A stretch of DNA of 64,000 bases from Chitinophaga pinensis (GTDB lineage: Bacteria; Bacteroidota; Bacteroidia; Chitinophagales; CAIOSU01): contig CAMDKI010000011.1 in NCBI GenBank assembly GCA_945901065.1, forward strand, positions 16,149-80,148. Direction: 5' to 3'. The notes under the pieces were generated by a model, which saw nothing but the letters and a program-made list of their open reading frames with translations, was not told the origin of the DNA and ran no database searches. How positions within the stretch are numbered: the stretch's first letter is position 1; each line of letters opens with the position of its first letter. The position numbers and the translations under genes were made by a program. Shown here piece after piece: positions 16,759-25,774 of the stretch.

Positions 16759-18365
16759 GCTTCCGTTTTTTGGGTTAGGTGTTTGATGGTCTCTAGGTAC
16801 CAGCAAGCATGTACATGGTTCAATGCCCTAGGGTCGACCACGACCGATTTATCTTCAATTTCCTGATAAATGCGCCCCGATAGCCATTGCTGGCGGTTGG
16901 CATCAATCTGGTTTTCGGGTATCAATAATTTCTTGAGTCCTTGCCTTATCGGCTTTGGGGTGATAGCCTTTATCTTGGTTAATAAGTTATCCGTTTCAAA
17001 CAGGCCATCCACCTTGTTCATATTCTGCTCAATGCCAAATGGCCCAAACAAGTAGCCATTCAGAAACTGCTTATATAGCGTCCTGTCTTTGCGGTACTGA
17101 TTTGGTATGTTGTACCATAGGTTTACGTAGCCATCGTCCCACAAGGGCATGCGCCACTGCAAGCCGTAATATTCATACACCCTCACCGCATTCACAATAA
17201 ACCGCGAAAGCCTATTTACGGTTAGCCAATGCTCATACACCGATACAAACTCATCGCGATTGGTGACGGTATAGCCTTCAAGTTCCTTGCCCAGCAATTG
17301 CAACATTGCCGATTTAAACTTAGGATTGCCGGTTCGAGTAAAGTGGGTTTGGTAAATGTAATCCACCAAACCGCTGATGCTAGTGGTGATACTCGCCCAA
17401 GTAATCTCTTTAGGCAAATAACTACCCGCAGGAAAATCGCCACAATAGCCGGGTATAACCACCCCATCTTTAGGTATGGCACCAGAAGCCAATAAAATAC
17501 CTACTGCAAACCAATCCTGCTCGTGGGCTATAGAATTGTATTGTGCGCCATAGTTTCGGTAAGCCTCACCCTTTTCGTGCATGAAGGTTTCTTGCAACTC
17601 GGCATCATACTCCACAAAATGCCAAGGGAAACCCAATTGCTGTGCCACTTGCTTTGATACCGCTACTTCGGGGCTGTCCTTGCGGCCGTATGTGTAACAG
17701 ATTACTTTGGGGTAATTGAGTTTCTTGAGCATGGCGGCAATAAACCTAGAATCGTGACCGCCGCTCAAAGGAATGATAGCAGGCCTCCCTTCCAATGAAT
17801 TGATGAGCCGTTCAAAAACCGCTTTCGATTCTTGCACCAAAGCAGCTACATAATCATTGGTGCCATTAAGCTTAAGGTTATACTGATGGACGTGCTGATA
17901 ATAAGTAATTACGGACAAAGCCTTACCTTCAAAATTTAGCCATTGCCCGGCTTGCAATTGGTTGAGTCCGTTAAATAGGGTGTTGTTTCCGGTTACACTG
18001 TTCAGGGTTCTTAGTTGCTCCGATGCCAGTGCATTTAGGTTGTTAAGGTCGGATGCTTTTTGCAGCCAAACAGCATCATCGCTTATCACCAATCCGGCTT
18101 TGGTTTGGTGGTAAAACAATGGAAATGCCCGTAGCTTATCAACGGCAGCCCAAACACCATTATCAGTCTCTTTGATGATAATAAAATGACCGTTAGAACC
18201 GCCTAACCATTGCCTTGGCTCACCAGCTTGTTGCGTATAGTCAATCAAGGCTTCACCATGCAGGTATTCGTTATCGGGGCCGAACAAATACCCCTTCACA
18301 TGCCATCCATCTCGTTGATGCCACGTAAAACCTTGATTGTGTATTAGTTGCAGGTGAACGCTCAT
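16755..18365 (-). CDS. Asparagine synthetase-family adenylating enzyme lacking the N-terminal Cys nucleophile
   Basis: 536 aa. PP-loop IIPLSGGHDSRF (SGGxDS). The N-terminal domain is GATase-like (AVDKLRAFPLFY), but the protein starts MSVHLQ, not MC. Confidence 0.8.
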   Translation of the reverse strand: MSVHLQLIHNQGFTWHQRDGWHVKGYLFGPDNEYLHGEALIDYTQQAGEPRQWLGGSNGHFIIIKETDNGVWAAVDKLRAFPLFYHQTKAGLVISDDAVWLQKASDLNNLNALASEQLRTLNSVTGNNTLFNGLNQLQAGQWLNFEGKALSVITYYQHVHQYNLKLNGTNDYVAALVQESKAVFERLINSLEGRPAIIPLSGGHDSRFIAAMLKKLNYPKVICYTYGRKDSPEVAVSKQVAQQLGFPWHFVEYDAELQETFMHEKGEAYRNYGAQYNSIAHEQDWFAVGILLASGAIPKDGVVIPGYCGDFPAGSYLPKEITWASITTSISGLVDYIYQTHFTRTGNPKFKSAMLQLLGKELEGYTVTNRDEFVSVYEHWLTVNRLSRFIVNAVRVYEYYGLQWRMPLWDDGYVNLWYNIPNQYRKDRTLYKQFLNGYLFGPFGIEQNMNKVDGLFETDNLLTKIKAITPKPIRQGLKKLLIPENQIDANRQQWLSGRIYQEIEDKSVVVDPRALNHVHACWYLETIKHLTQKTEA

Positions 18366-19505
18366 TTACTTACCCATTTTTTGTTTTAAAGCATATGTTA
18401 CTGCGCCAACGGCAATGGGTCTAGTGTGCGGGTTGCGGTATATCTGCCAAATAGCCTTCCATGCCGATGGCTTGAACAGCTTTTTCAATATACCAGGCGA
18501 ACCTTTCCTAACACCCTCGCTTGAGTCGCTATTTGCCACTTCCCCACCCGAGCGAGTCATCCAGAAAACACGGTGTGCTTCTGCCAACCAATGTTTTTCG
18601 TACTCCGCCCAGTTATTTAAGGCTTCTATTTCATTAGCAAAAGCCTCTTGCTGGCGGGTTTCAATAATGCCTGTTGAAGTATTAATGTTGATGGGCAACC
18701 AATTATAAGAGCCGCCTGCTTGGTCAAACTCAGCAAACAATATAGCCGATTGGCTAATATAACCTCTATTGGCTTGCAGCTTCAAATCGAAAACAAAGTT
18801 GCCCAACGAATAAAACACCTGATTCCCCTTAACCGACTCAACGCCCTGCAATGTGTGCGAGTGATGCGCCACCACCCACGATTGGGCGTTTAAAGCAAGG
18901 CTTCGCAGCCGTTTCCTCCGTTCAGGTGCCGGATAACGGGTGTATTCTTCGCCACCGTGATAGTTAACAATCAATTGCTTGCCTGCCTTTTGAAAGTCCA
19001 TTATTGCCCTAGAAATCTCTTTTTGACTCGTCTCGCAAAGCACACCAACTTGGCTATTACTGGCTATCATCCCTTCATGGTGGGCAATGCCTATCATACC
19101 TCGCGAAATAGCGTTGGCGGCAAGTTCTATGGGTTTTAGGGCTTGCTCCAAGTTTTTACCTGCGCCAAACCACTGGCCACCGTGCTTTTCAATCAAGGCA
19201 ACGGTTTCTTCAAAACCGGCTACACCATGATCGAACAAATGATTGTTGGCCAAATTGAACACCTTGATATTACGCGCGATTAAATAAGGTATGGCCTCGG
19301 GCGGGCTATGCAGTGCAACGCCATTAATCTTTCTAGTGGGTATATTGGTGGCAGGGCCTTCGAGATTTACTACCACAAAATCTTGTTCGCGCAATTGCTG
19401 TAGCAATTCTGGCGCAAATATTTCCTTGCCTTCCAGCAGTTGCTGCCGGAAAATACCAGAGAAATTCACATCGCCAGCAAAGGCTATTTTTAGCTTTTGT
19501 GCCAT
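18366..19505 (-). CDS. CapA/PGA_cap family metallophosphatase-fold protein
   Basis: The motifs FAGDVNF, NLANNHLFDHG, NYHGGEEY and VVAHHSHTLQG are present. The ATG at 19505 (MAQKLKIAFAGD) overlaps the flippase stop by 16 nt, and the stop abuts the next ATG with zero gap. Confidence 0.8.
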   Translation of the reverse strand: MAQKLKIAFAGDVNFSGIFRQQLLEGKEIFAPELLQQLREQDFVVVNLEGPATNIPTRKINGVALHSPPEAIPYLIARNIKVFNLANNHLFDHGVAGFEETVALIEKHGGQWFGAGKNLEQALKPIELAANAISRGMIGIAHHEGMIASNSQVGVLCETSQKEISRAIMDFQKAGKQLIVNYHGGEEYTRYPAPERRKRLRSLALNAQSWVVAHHSHTLQGVESVKGNQVFYSLGNFVFDLKLQANRGYISQSAILFAEFDQAGGSYNWLPININTSTGIIETRQQEAFANEIEALNNWAEYEKHWLAEAHRVFWMTRSGGEVANSDSSEGVRKGSPGILKKLFKPSAWKAIWQIYRNPHTRPIAVGAVTYALKQKMGK

Positions 19506-20779
19506 ACTGCCTCCCAAGCTTTTTGCCAGCCTAACTTATCGGCACCACTAATGTACCAAATATAGCCAAGCATGAACACATTAAACAATACCCCTACTAA
19601 AGCGAAACCAGCTACAGCCAAAACTGGTTCGCCTGCATAACCAAACCATCCTAACACTGCTGTTCGGGCAATAAAAATGGATACATTGTACCATAGCTCA
19701 AAACCCAATCGTGCCTTTATATTGAGCACGTAAGTAAGCGGATTGACGGTAAACAATAGCAAAAACCAAGGGGCCAAATATTGTGCAAATACCCCCGCTT
19801 CCAACCACTTAGGGCCCAGTGTCCAAGCAAATAACTGCGGACCAGCTATACCCAATAACAATACGGGCAAAATGCCCAAAGCAAACAGATTGCGGGTAGT
19901 TTTCACTACCAGTGCCAAAAACGAACTATGATGCTCCAACTCGTGCTCGCGGGCTGCCCGCTGATAAAATACTTGCCCGAACGATTGTGCCACCAGCAAC
20001 ACTGGAGTACCCAACAGCCTATTGGCCATGCTAAACTGCCCCACTATGGCCGAATTGAAAAAGTACTGCAACAGATATACGGGCACTTGCCTAGAGAAGG
20101 TATTCAGCAACGTGCTGGCCGATGAATACAACGGAAAGTGCTTGTATTCAACGGCTACCAAACGCATTTCGGTGCGCTGGAAGAACTGCCCAAAATTGCT
20201 AAAAGATAGTGCCGTTACAGAGAATATTAATGCTAATAACTGCCCCACAACAAAACCGACCAGTAGCCCAATAGCCCCCAAACCAGCATAACCCAAATAT
20301 AAACTAGTAAGCCCTGTGCTAAATGCCTGCACTACTTTTGCTACCGCTATCGTGCGATATTGGTTGTTACGATTGAGGTATACAGTAAGTGGCTGCAATA
20401 TGGCACCCAATAGACAAGATATGGGCAACCAATGCAGCAAAGCCCATATTTTGGACTCGGCAACCCAACCACTCAGCAATTGTTCGGCGGCAAATACACC
20501 CACAAATACAAAAACACTAACCCCAAAACCTATTAGCCAGCATAACCCCAAAAGGCTTGCTGCGCGATTGTTTTCTTTAGGTAGCATTATGGCATTGTCG
20601 TAGCGAGCGTTAGAGAGCTCGGCCAGTATCAGTTGGGTGGCGGCAAATATGGCCATTACCCCAAAATCAACATCAGTATACACCCTAGCCAATAGCAGCG
20701 TTATGCCTAATGTAAAAACCTGTGCCAAGCCCGAGCCGGTCATTAATACTACAGTATTGCGCAAAAAACCAGATGCCAT
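19490..20779 (-). CDS. MOP-superfamily (Wzx-like) polysaccharide/oligosaccharide flippase
   Basis: It is polytopic throughout, with roughly 12 or more hydrophobic helices by eye, and starts at MASGFLRNTVVLMTGSGLAQ (ATG 20779). The ORF-track extension to 20866 is a translation of a heptamer array. Confidence 0.8.
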   Translation of the reverse strand: MASGFLRNTVVLMTGSGLAQVFTLGITLLLARVYTDVDFGVMAIFAATQLILAELSNARYDNAIMLPKENNRAASLLGLCWLIGFGVSVFVFVGVFAAEQLLSGWVAESKIWALLHWLPISCLLGAILQPLTVYLNRNNQYRTIAVAKVVQAFSTGLTSLYLGYAGLGAIGLLVGFVVGQLLALIFSVTALSFSNFGQFFQRTEMRLVAVEYKHFPLYSSASTLLNTFSRQVPVYLLQYFFNSAIVGQFSMANRLLGTPVLLVAQSFGQVFYQRAAREHELEHHSSFLALVVKTTRNLFALGILPVLLLGIAGPQLFAWTLGPKWLEAGVFAQYLAPWFLLLFTVNPLTYVLNIKARLGFELWYNVSIFIARTAVLGWFGYAGEPVLAVAGFALVGVLFNVFMLGYIWYISGADKLGWQKAWEAVWHKS

Positions 20780-20787
20780 TAGCACAA

Positions 20788-20850
20788 AGATGGAATATGA
20801 AATGCGAAATGAGAAATGGAAAAGAAAGAGATGACAAATGAAAAACAAAA
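20788..20850. repeat. Heptamer array (AATGnGA dialect), ~9 units
   Basis: Reads AAGATGG AATATGA AATGCGA AATGAGA AATGGAA AAGAAAG AGATGAC AAATGAA AAACAAA, directly upstream (minus-strand sense) of the flippase ATG at 20779. Confidence 0.8.
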
Positions 20851-20925
20851 GATACCGGAAAATCACTTTGTAACTTGTACAAGGTACATCGCACTTTGTC
20901 CTTACAGCATTAGTTCCTAACTTGG

Positions 20926-21414
20926 ATGTTACAACGCTCCTATATGAAAAGCTATTTCATTTTACTCCTTTTATCTATTGGTTTTATGGCTGCCGCTCAA
21001 AATGAACTTACCGGACCCACCACTCGCCAGCAACTAGAAGCTTTTGATTGGTTTAATGCAGAATATAATACCTACAAACCATCGGGCAAGAGCATAAAAG
21101 CCTTGAAAGAAGTAGATAAAACGGCCGATTACCGCATTGTGGTGGTACTTGGCACTTGGTGCAGCGATAGCAAGCGCGAAGTACCGCGCTTTTATAAAAT
21201 TGTGGATGCCTTGGGCTTCCCGCATGCCAATATACTCATCATATTGGTGGATGAGAACAAAAACGACGCCAACGGCCTTGCCAAGCAGTTTACTATAAAA
21301 TATGTACCTACCTTCGTTTTTATTGACCCCAATGGCAAAGAGTTTGGCCGAATAGTAGAAACCCCAGCAAAAAATCTGGAAGCAGATTGGCTAAAAATTA
21401 TATCGGGCAAATAA
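20926..21414 (+). CDS. Secreted thioredoxin-fold protein
   Basis: 162 aa. It has a signal peptide (MKSYFILLLLSIGFMAAAQ, alternative ATG at 20944) and VVLGTWCSDSKREVP, a WCxxS thioredoxin-like motif. Confidence 0.7.
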   Translation: MLQRSYMKSYFILLLLSIGFMAAAQNELTGPTTRQQLEAFDWFNAEYNTYKPSGKSIKALKEVDKTADYRIVVVLGTWCSDSKREVPRFYKIVDALGFPHANILIILVDENKNDANGLAKQFTIKYVPTFVFIDPNGKEFGRIVETPAKNLEADWLKIISGK

Positions 21415-21416
21415 AC

Positions 21417-22373
21417 CTATTTGTAGGTAACCGAAGTTTCCGATACATTTCGCCTTTTGCCTGAAGGGTCGGTGCCGTAAATCTCCGTTTTGGTGGTTAC
21501 CGATGTCAACCAACCGCCGGTGGCATTGTAAACCCAATCGCTGTAATTAGTCATATTAAAAGTAATATCGTCAAACTCAGCATTCTTTTTAGCGATGCTA
21601 CTATCTTCCACGCCAAATGATTTGCCCATTTCGCTCATCATTTCCTTCATCATAGCAACAAAACCCGACATATCAAACTGAATGCTATAGTTCAGGTTGT
21701 AAATACCTTTTCCCTTTTCGGTAAGATAATACAAGTGCGTGGTCGAAATTTCCTCAGAGGCATTAAAGGGGTTCACTTCCGCGCGCTCTACTTTCACCGT
21801 ATCGTTTAGCACAAATGCTTGCGAGTAAGGGGTTAACAAATAATTTATCACGTTTTCCATGTATCCTTCTACCGCCTCTTTTGAACTAAATAAACTCACA
21901 ATAGGATTCATCAGCATTTTAGCATACTCAACATCTTCGGGCAATTTCTTTTTCAGCAGTTTTTCGGCTTGCTCAAATGACTCCAAAATAAAAGCCTTGC
22001 TTTCTTTCCAGTTCAATAAATCGGCCGTGCCACCCAGCTTGTTTACCTGATACATGAGCACCAAACTTTTATATTTCGGAAGCTCATCAGCAATCTTATC
22101 ATACATCTCTACTACTGGCGATAGCGCAATGTTATCCATTGTTACCTTTACCGAGTAGTCTGTTGCACTTTCTTTTATTATTTCAAATACCACCTCAAGC
22201 GTTTCAGTAGTTTCCTCTGTCAACTCATCCCCTTTGTATTCGGTATCGTGGGTTATAATGGTAGCAGTACGCTTATCGCCTACTTTCCACTTTGGCTTAA
22301 ATGAAATTTCAGTTTGTGCAAAAGATGCAATAGCGGTTAACAAAGAAAAAAGTAGCAGTATCTGTTTCGGCAT
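21417..22373 (-). CDS. Secreted hypothetical protein
   Basis: 318 aa. It has a signal peptide (MPKQILLLFSLLTAIASFAQ), coding-like composition, and no recognisable motif. Confidence 0.6.
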   Translation of the reverse strand: MPKQILLLFSLLTAIASFAQTEISFKPKWKVGDKRTATIITHDTEYKGDELTEETTETLEVVFEIIKESATDYSVKVTMDNIALSPVVEMYDKIADELPKYKSLVLMYQVNKLGGTADLLNWKESKAFILESFEQAEKLLKKKLPEDVEYAKMLMNPIVSLFSSKEAVEGYMENVINYLLTPYSQAFVLNDTVKVERAEVNPFNASEEISTTHLYYLTEKGKGIYNLNYSIQFDMSGFVAMMKEMMSEMGKSFGVEDSSIAKKNAEFDDITFNMTNYSDWVYNATGGWLTSVTTKTEIYGTDPSGKRRNVSETSVTYK

Positions 22374-22538
22374 GGCCTTTTTTTTGCTAAGATATTTAAT
22401 TTGGTATCAATAATGGGTAATAAACATCAGCTGAAAGAATTTAAGAAAAGTGCTAGCATTTTTTAGCTCATCAGGCTGTGATATCTATCATGTATTACAG
22501 GCTTATGGGCTAAATTTTTTTTTGCTAACTTTAAAAAT

Positions 22539-23618
22539 ATGAAACCACTATATTATTGCATCCCACTACTCTTATTATCGGGATGCAAAAACGGCAGAGA
22601 ATCTGTAACTGTTGAGCGCAAAAGCATTACCGAATCGGTTTATGCTTCTGGGGTAATTAAAGCTCAAGGCCAATACCAATCTTTTGCATTGGTTAGCGGC
22701 ATCCTTAAGGAGATAAAAGTGAACGAAGGCGATTCGGTATCGATTGGCGATACATTATTTGTAATCGATAGCAGAAGTTCATCTCTTAGCGCAGATAACG
22801 CTGCCTTGGCCTATGAGCTATCGGAAAAGAATGCCAACGCCAATTCAGACAGATTGCAGGAACTGGAAACCGCCAAAAACCTGGCCCTCGAAAAATTGAA
22901 GAACGATAGCCTAATGATGGTGCGCCAACAAAAGCTTTGGCAACAGAACATTGGCTCGAAAGTAGAAGTGGAGCAGCGCGAACTGGCATTCGCAACCTCA
23001 AAAAGCAACTACAAAAGTGCCGTAAACCGACTGGACCAAGCTAAACTGCAATTGGAAAGCGAAAAAAACATGGCACTAAACAACCTTAAAATCAGCAAAA
23101 AGAATGTGGGTGATTTTGTGGTTACAAGCGAATTGAATGGCCGAGTTTACGATATTATGAAAGACCCAGGCGACTTGGTTAGCCCTCAAATACCTTTGGC
23201 CATTGTTGGTAGTGCCGATGCCTTTGTAATGGAGCTGCAGGTTGATGAATATGACATTACCTCGTTGCGCATCGGGCAAAAAGTATTGGTAAGCATGGAT
23301 AGCTATAAAGGGCAGGCATTTGAGGCCGTGTTGAGCAAAATTAACCCGATTATGAACGCCTCCTCGCGCACGTTTATGGTGGAAGCTACCTTTACCAAGC
23401 AACCGGAGGTGCTTTATCCAAACTTAACGGTGGAGGCCAATATTGTTTTAGAAACGCACACAAATGCCCTGATTATACCCTGCTCCTACCTTATACGTGA
23501 TTCGCTGGTGCTTATCTCAGATAAGGATACTACCGAGGTAACTACAAGCTTGCGCAACTACGAGTATGTAGAAATAACCAATGGCATAAGCGAAGGCCAA
23601 AAAATATACAAGCCCTGA
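22539..23618 (+). CDS. HlyD/MFP-family periplasmic adaptor lipoprotein
   Basis: 359 aa. Lipobox LLLSGC, a long coiled-coil middle and beta-barrel-like ends. It is the first gene of a three-gene unit with 1-nt gaps. Confidence 0.8.
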   Translation: MKPLYYCIPLLLLSGCKNGRESVTVERKSITESVYASGVIKAQGQYQSFALVSGILKEIKVNEGDSVSIGDTLFVIDSRSSSLSADNAALAYELSEKNANANSDRLQELETAKNLALEKLKNDSLMMVRQQKLWQQNIGSKVEVEQRELAFATSKSNYKSAVNRLDQAKLQLESEKNMALNNLKISKKNVGDFVVTSELNGRVYDIMKDPGDLVSPQIPLAIVGSADAFVMELQVDEYDITSLRIGQKVLVSMDSYKGQAFEAVLSKINPIMNASSRTFMVEATFTKQPEVLYPNLTVEANIVLETHTNALIIPCSYLIRDSLVLISDKDTTEVTTSLRNYEYVEITNGISEGQKIYKP

Positions 23619-23619
23619 C

Positions 23620-24879
23620 ATGGCCTCAAGGCTCATACTGAGTATTTCTAAAACCTTGCTCATGGCAAGGCTCAAGCAGAGCATAGTAGCTGCTGCAGGG
23701 GTAACCTTTGGTATAACCATGTTTATTACCCTCATGGGGTTTATGACAGGCCTAAATAGTATGTTGGATGGTTTGATACTTAACCGCACCCCGCACATTA
23801 GGCTATACAACGAAATAAAGGCCAGCGAGGACCAGCCTATAAGTCTATCGCCAGAATATAAGGACCACATAAACAACATTCGCTCAATAAAGCCCCGCGA
23901 CGACGGTAAAGAAATTTACAATGGCCTAGCCATCGTAGCGGCCTTGCGCAACGACCCGCGAGTATTTGGCGTAGCAGCTAAGGTAGTGGCTCCCGTTTTT
24001 TATAACGTAGGCGCTACTGACATTACGGGCTCGGTAAACGGTATTGACGTAACCAACGAAGAGGCATTATTCGCCTTTAGTACCTATGTGCCCGAAGGCG
24101 ATATAACCGACCTGAACAACATAAGCAATAGTGTAATATTGGGCAAAGGCCTAGCCGATAAAATGCTGGCCGAAATAGGCGATATAGTGCCAATAACAAC
24201 CGCTAGAGGCCAACAAATGAACCTTAAAGTAGTGGGCTTTTACCAATCGGGATTAGCAGATGTTGACAACATAACCAGTTTCGCATCAATTGGCACAACT
24301 CAAAAGTTACTAGGTAAAACGGATAGTTACCTTACCGACATACAGGTAAAGCTACACGACCTGAACCTAGCCCCTGCCCTAGCCAAAGAGTTTCAGGCAA
24401 AATTTGGTACCGAAGCGGTGGATATACAAACTGCCAACTCACAATTCGATACCGGAACTCAAATACGCAATATCATCACTTACTCGGTAAGTATAGTATT
24501 GTTGGTGGTGGCCGGTTTTGGAATATACAATATCCTCAACATGATGATTTATGAGAAAATGGACAGCATAGCTATACTAAAAGCTACTGGCTTTTCTGGC
24601 AACGATGTGCGCAACATTTTTATCAACCTTTCTCTAATCATTGGCATCTCAGGCGGGTTACTGGGCTTGGGGCTAGGTTTTGTTTTCCAGATTATAATTG
24701 ACCATTTGCCGTTTGAGACCTCTGCCCTGCCTACCATAAAAACCTTTCCTGTAAACTACGACTTTAAGTACTACCTCGTAGGCATTGTGTTTGCTTTGGT
24801 TACTACTTTTTTAGCCGGATGGTTTCCTGCCCGTAAGGCTAGTAAAATTGACCCAGTTGAAATTATAAGGGGGAAATAA
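23620..24879 (+). CDS. ABC transporter permease, FtsX/MacB/LolE type
   Basis: 419 aa. An N-terminal TM and a large external domain are followed by three C-terminal TM helices (FtsX fold), ending PARKASKIDPVEIIR. Confidence 0.85.
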   Translation: MASRLILSISKTLLMARLKQSIVAAAGVTFGITMFITLMGFMTGLNSMLDGLILNRTPHIRLYNEIKASEDQPISLSPEYKDHINNIRSIKPRDDGKEIYNGLAIVAALRNDPRVFGVAAKVVAPVFYNVGATDITGSVNGIDVTNEEALFAFSTYVPEGDITDLNNISNSVILGKGLADKMLAEIGDIVPITTARGQQMNLKVVGFYQSGLADVDNITSFASIGTTQKLLGKTDSYLTDIQVKLHDLNLAPALAKEFQAKFGTEAVDIQTANSQFDTGTQIRNIITYSVSIVLLVVAGFGIYNILNMMIYEKMDSIAILKATGFSGNDVRNIFINLSLIIGISGGLLGLGLGFVFQIIIDHLPFETSALPTIKTFPVNYDFKYYLVGIVFALVTTFLAGWFPARKASKIDPVEIIRGK

Positions 24880-24880
24880 T

Positions 24881-25558
24881 ATGAGCGAGCAGATAATAGA
24901 AGCGAAAAATATAAGCAAGTACTTTCACGACCCCGTGAAGGTAAAAGTGTTGAAAGAGGTTTCGTTCTCAATCAACAAAGGTGAGTTTGTATCTATAACT
25001 GGTAAGTCGGGTTGCGGCAAAAGTACTTTGCTCTATATCCTATCAACCATGGATACCGACTATGAGGGGGATTTGTATTTTGACGGGGAATTGTTGCGCG
25101 ATAAAAAACGAGACCAGTTGTCGCACATCCGCAATAAGAAAATTGGCTTCGTGTTCCAGTTTCACTATTTGTTACCAGAGTTCTCGGTACTTAAAAATGT
25201 AATGCTGCCGGGCCTAAAGTTGGCTGAGTTGAGTGCTCAAGAAGTAGAGCATAATGCCATGGAAAAGCTTCGCATATTGGGCATTGACGACCAAGCCAAG
25301 AAACTAGCCAATCAGCTTTCGGGCGGACAAAAGCAGCGAGTAGCTATTGCTCGCTCGCTCATTAATAACCCACTAATTATAATGGGCGACGAGCCTACCG
25401 GAAACCTAGATAGCAAAAACGGGTTGATAGTATTCGATATTTTCAAGGAATTGGCTGCCATGGGTCAATCGCTGCTAATTGTTACCCACGATCAAGATTT
25501 TGCCGATAAAACCGATAGGATTATTGAAATGGATGATGGAAAAGTGATAAAGCAGTAA
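24881..25558 (+). CDS. ABC transporter ATP-binding protein (MacB/LolD type)
   Basis: 225 aa. Walker [10 protein letters not shown], signature LSGGQKQR, Walker [13 protein letters not shown]. Confidence 0.9.
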   Translation: MSEQIIEAKNISKYFHDPVKVKVLKEVSFSINKGEFVSITGKSGCGKSTLLYILSTMDTDYEGDLYFDGELLRDKKRDQLSHIRNKKIGFVFQFHYLLPEFSVLKNVMLPGLKLAELSAQEVEHNAMEKLRILGIDDQAKKLANQLSGGQKQRVAIARSLINNPLIIMGDEPTGNLDSKNGLIVFDIFKELAAMGQSLLIVTHDQDFADKTDRIIEMDDGKVIKQ

Positions 25559-25574
25559 GTTTTGTTAGCATTAA

Positions 25575-25609
25575 GTATCAAGTACCAAGTATCAAGTATC
25601 AAGATAACC
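25575..25609. repeat. Heptamer array, forward arm (GTATCAA dialect), 5 units
   Basis: Reads GTATCAA GTACCAA GTATCAA GTATCAA GATAACC, 17 nt after the ABC ATPase stop. Confidence 0.9.
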
Positions 25610-25634
25610 TATTTCCATAGCAAATGTGAAAACA

Positions 25635-25675
25635 AAAGCCTCGAAACATATCATGTTCCGAGGCTTTAATTTATT
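25635..25675. terminator. Bidirectional rho-independent terminator between ABC ATPase gene and queA
   Basis: A 15-bp stem with one mismatch (AAAGCCTCGAAACAT / ATGTTCCGAGGCTTT) and a 3-nt loop, with an A-run before and a T-rich run after. It sits in the spacer of the GTATCAA module. Confidence 0.8.
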
Positions 25676-25690
25676 ATTTACATATCAAGG

Positions 25691-25774
25691 TACTTAATAC
25701 TCAATACTTGATACTTAATACTCAATACTTGATACTTGATACTTGATAATTGATACTTGATACTTGATACTTTA
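25691..25774. repeat. Heptamer array, reverse arm (TACTTGA dialect), 12 units
   Basis: Reads TACTTAA TACTCAA TACTTGA TACTTAA TACTCAA TACTTGA TACTTGA TACTTGA TAATTGA TACTTGA TACTTGA TACTTTA. It abuts the queA stop codon (25775-25777). Confidence 0.95.

Noticed and set aside
20780-20866. N-terminal extension of the flippase ORF (MIFRYLLFFICHLFLFHFSFRISYSIFVL).
   Set aside because: It is encoded entirely by the AATGnGA heptamer array. A proper start (MASGFLRNTVV) follows at 20779.
22378-22530. T8GCTAA (22378-22390) and T9GCTAA (22515-22528) direct repeats in a divergent promoter region.
   Set aside because: The motif is short and low-complexity. The two copies have different geometry relative to their respective start codons, so I could not support a shared regulatory role.
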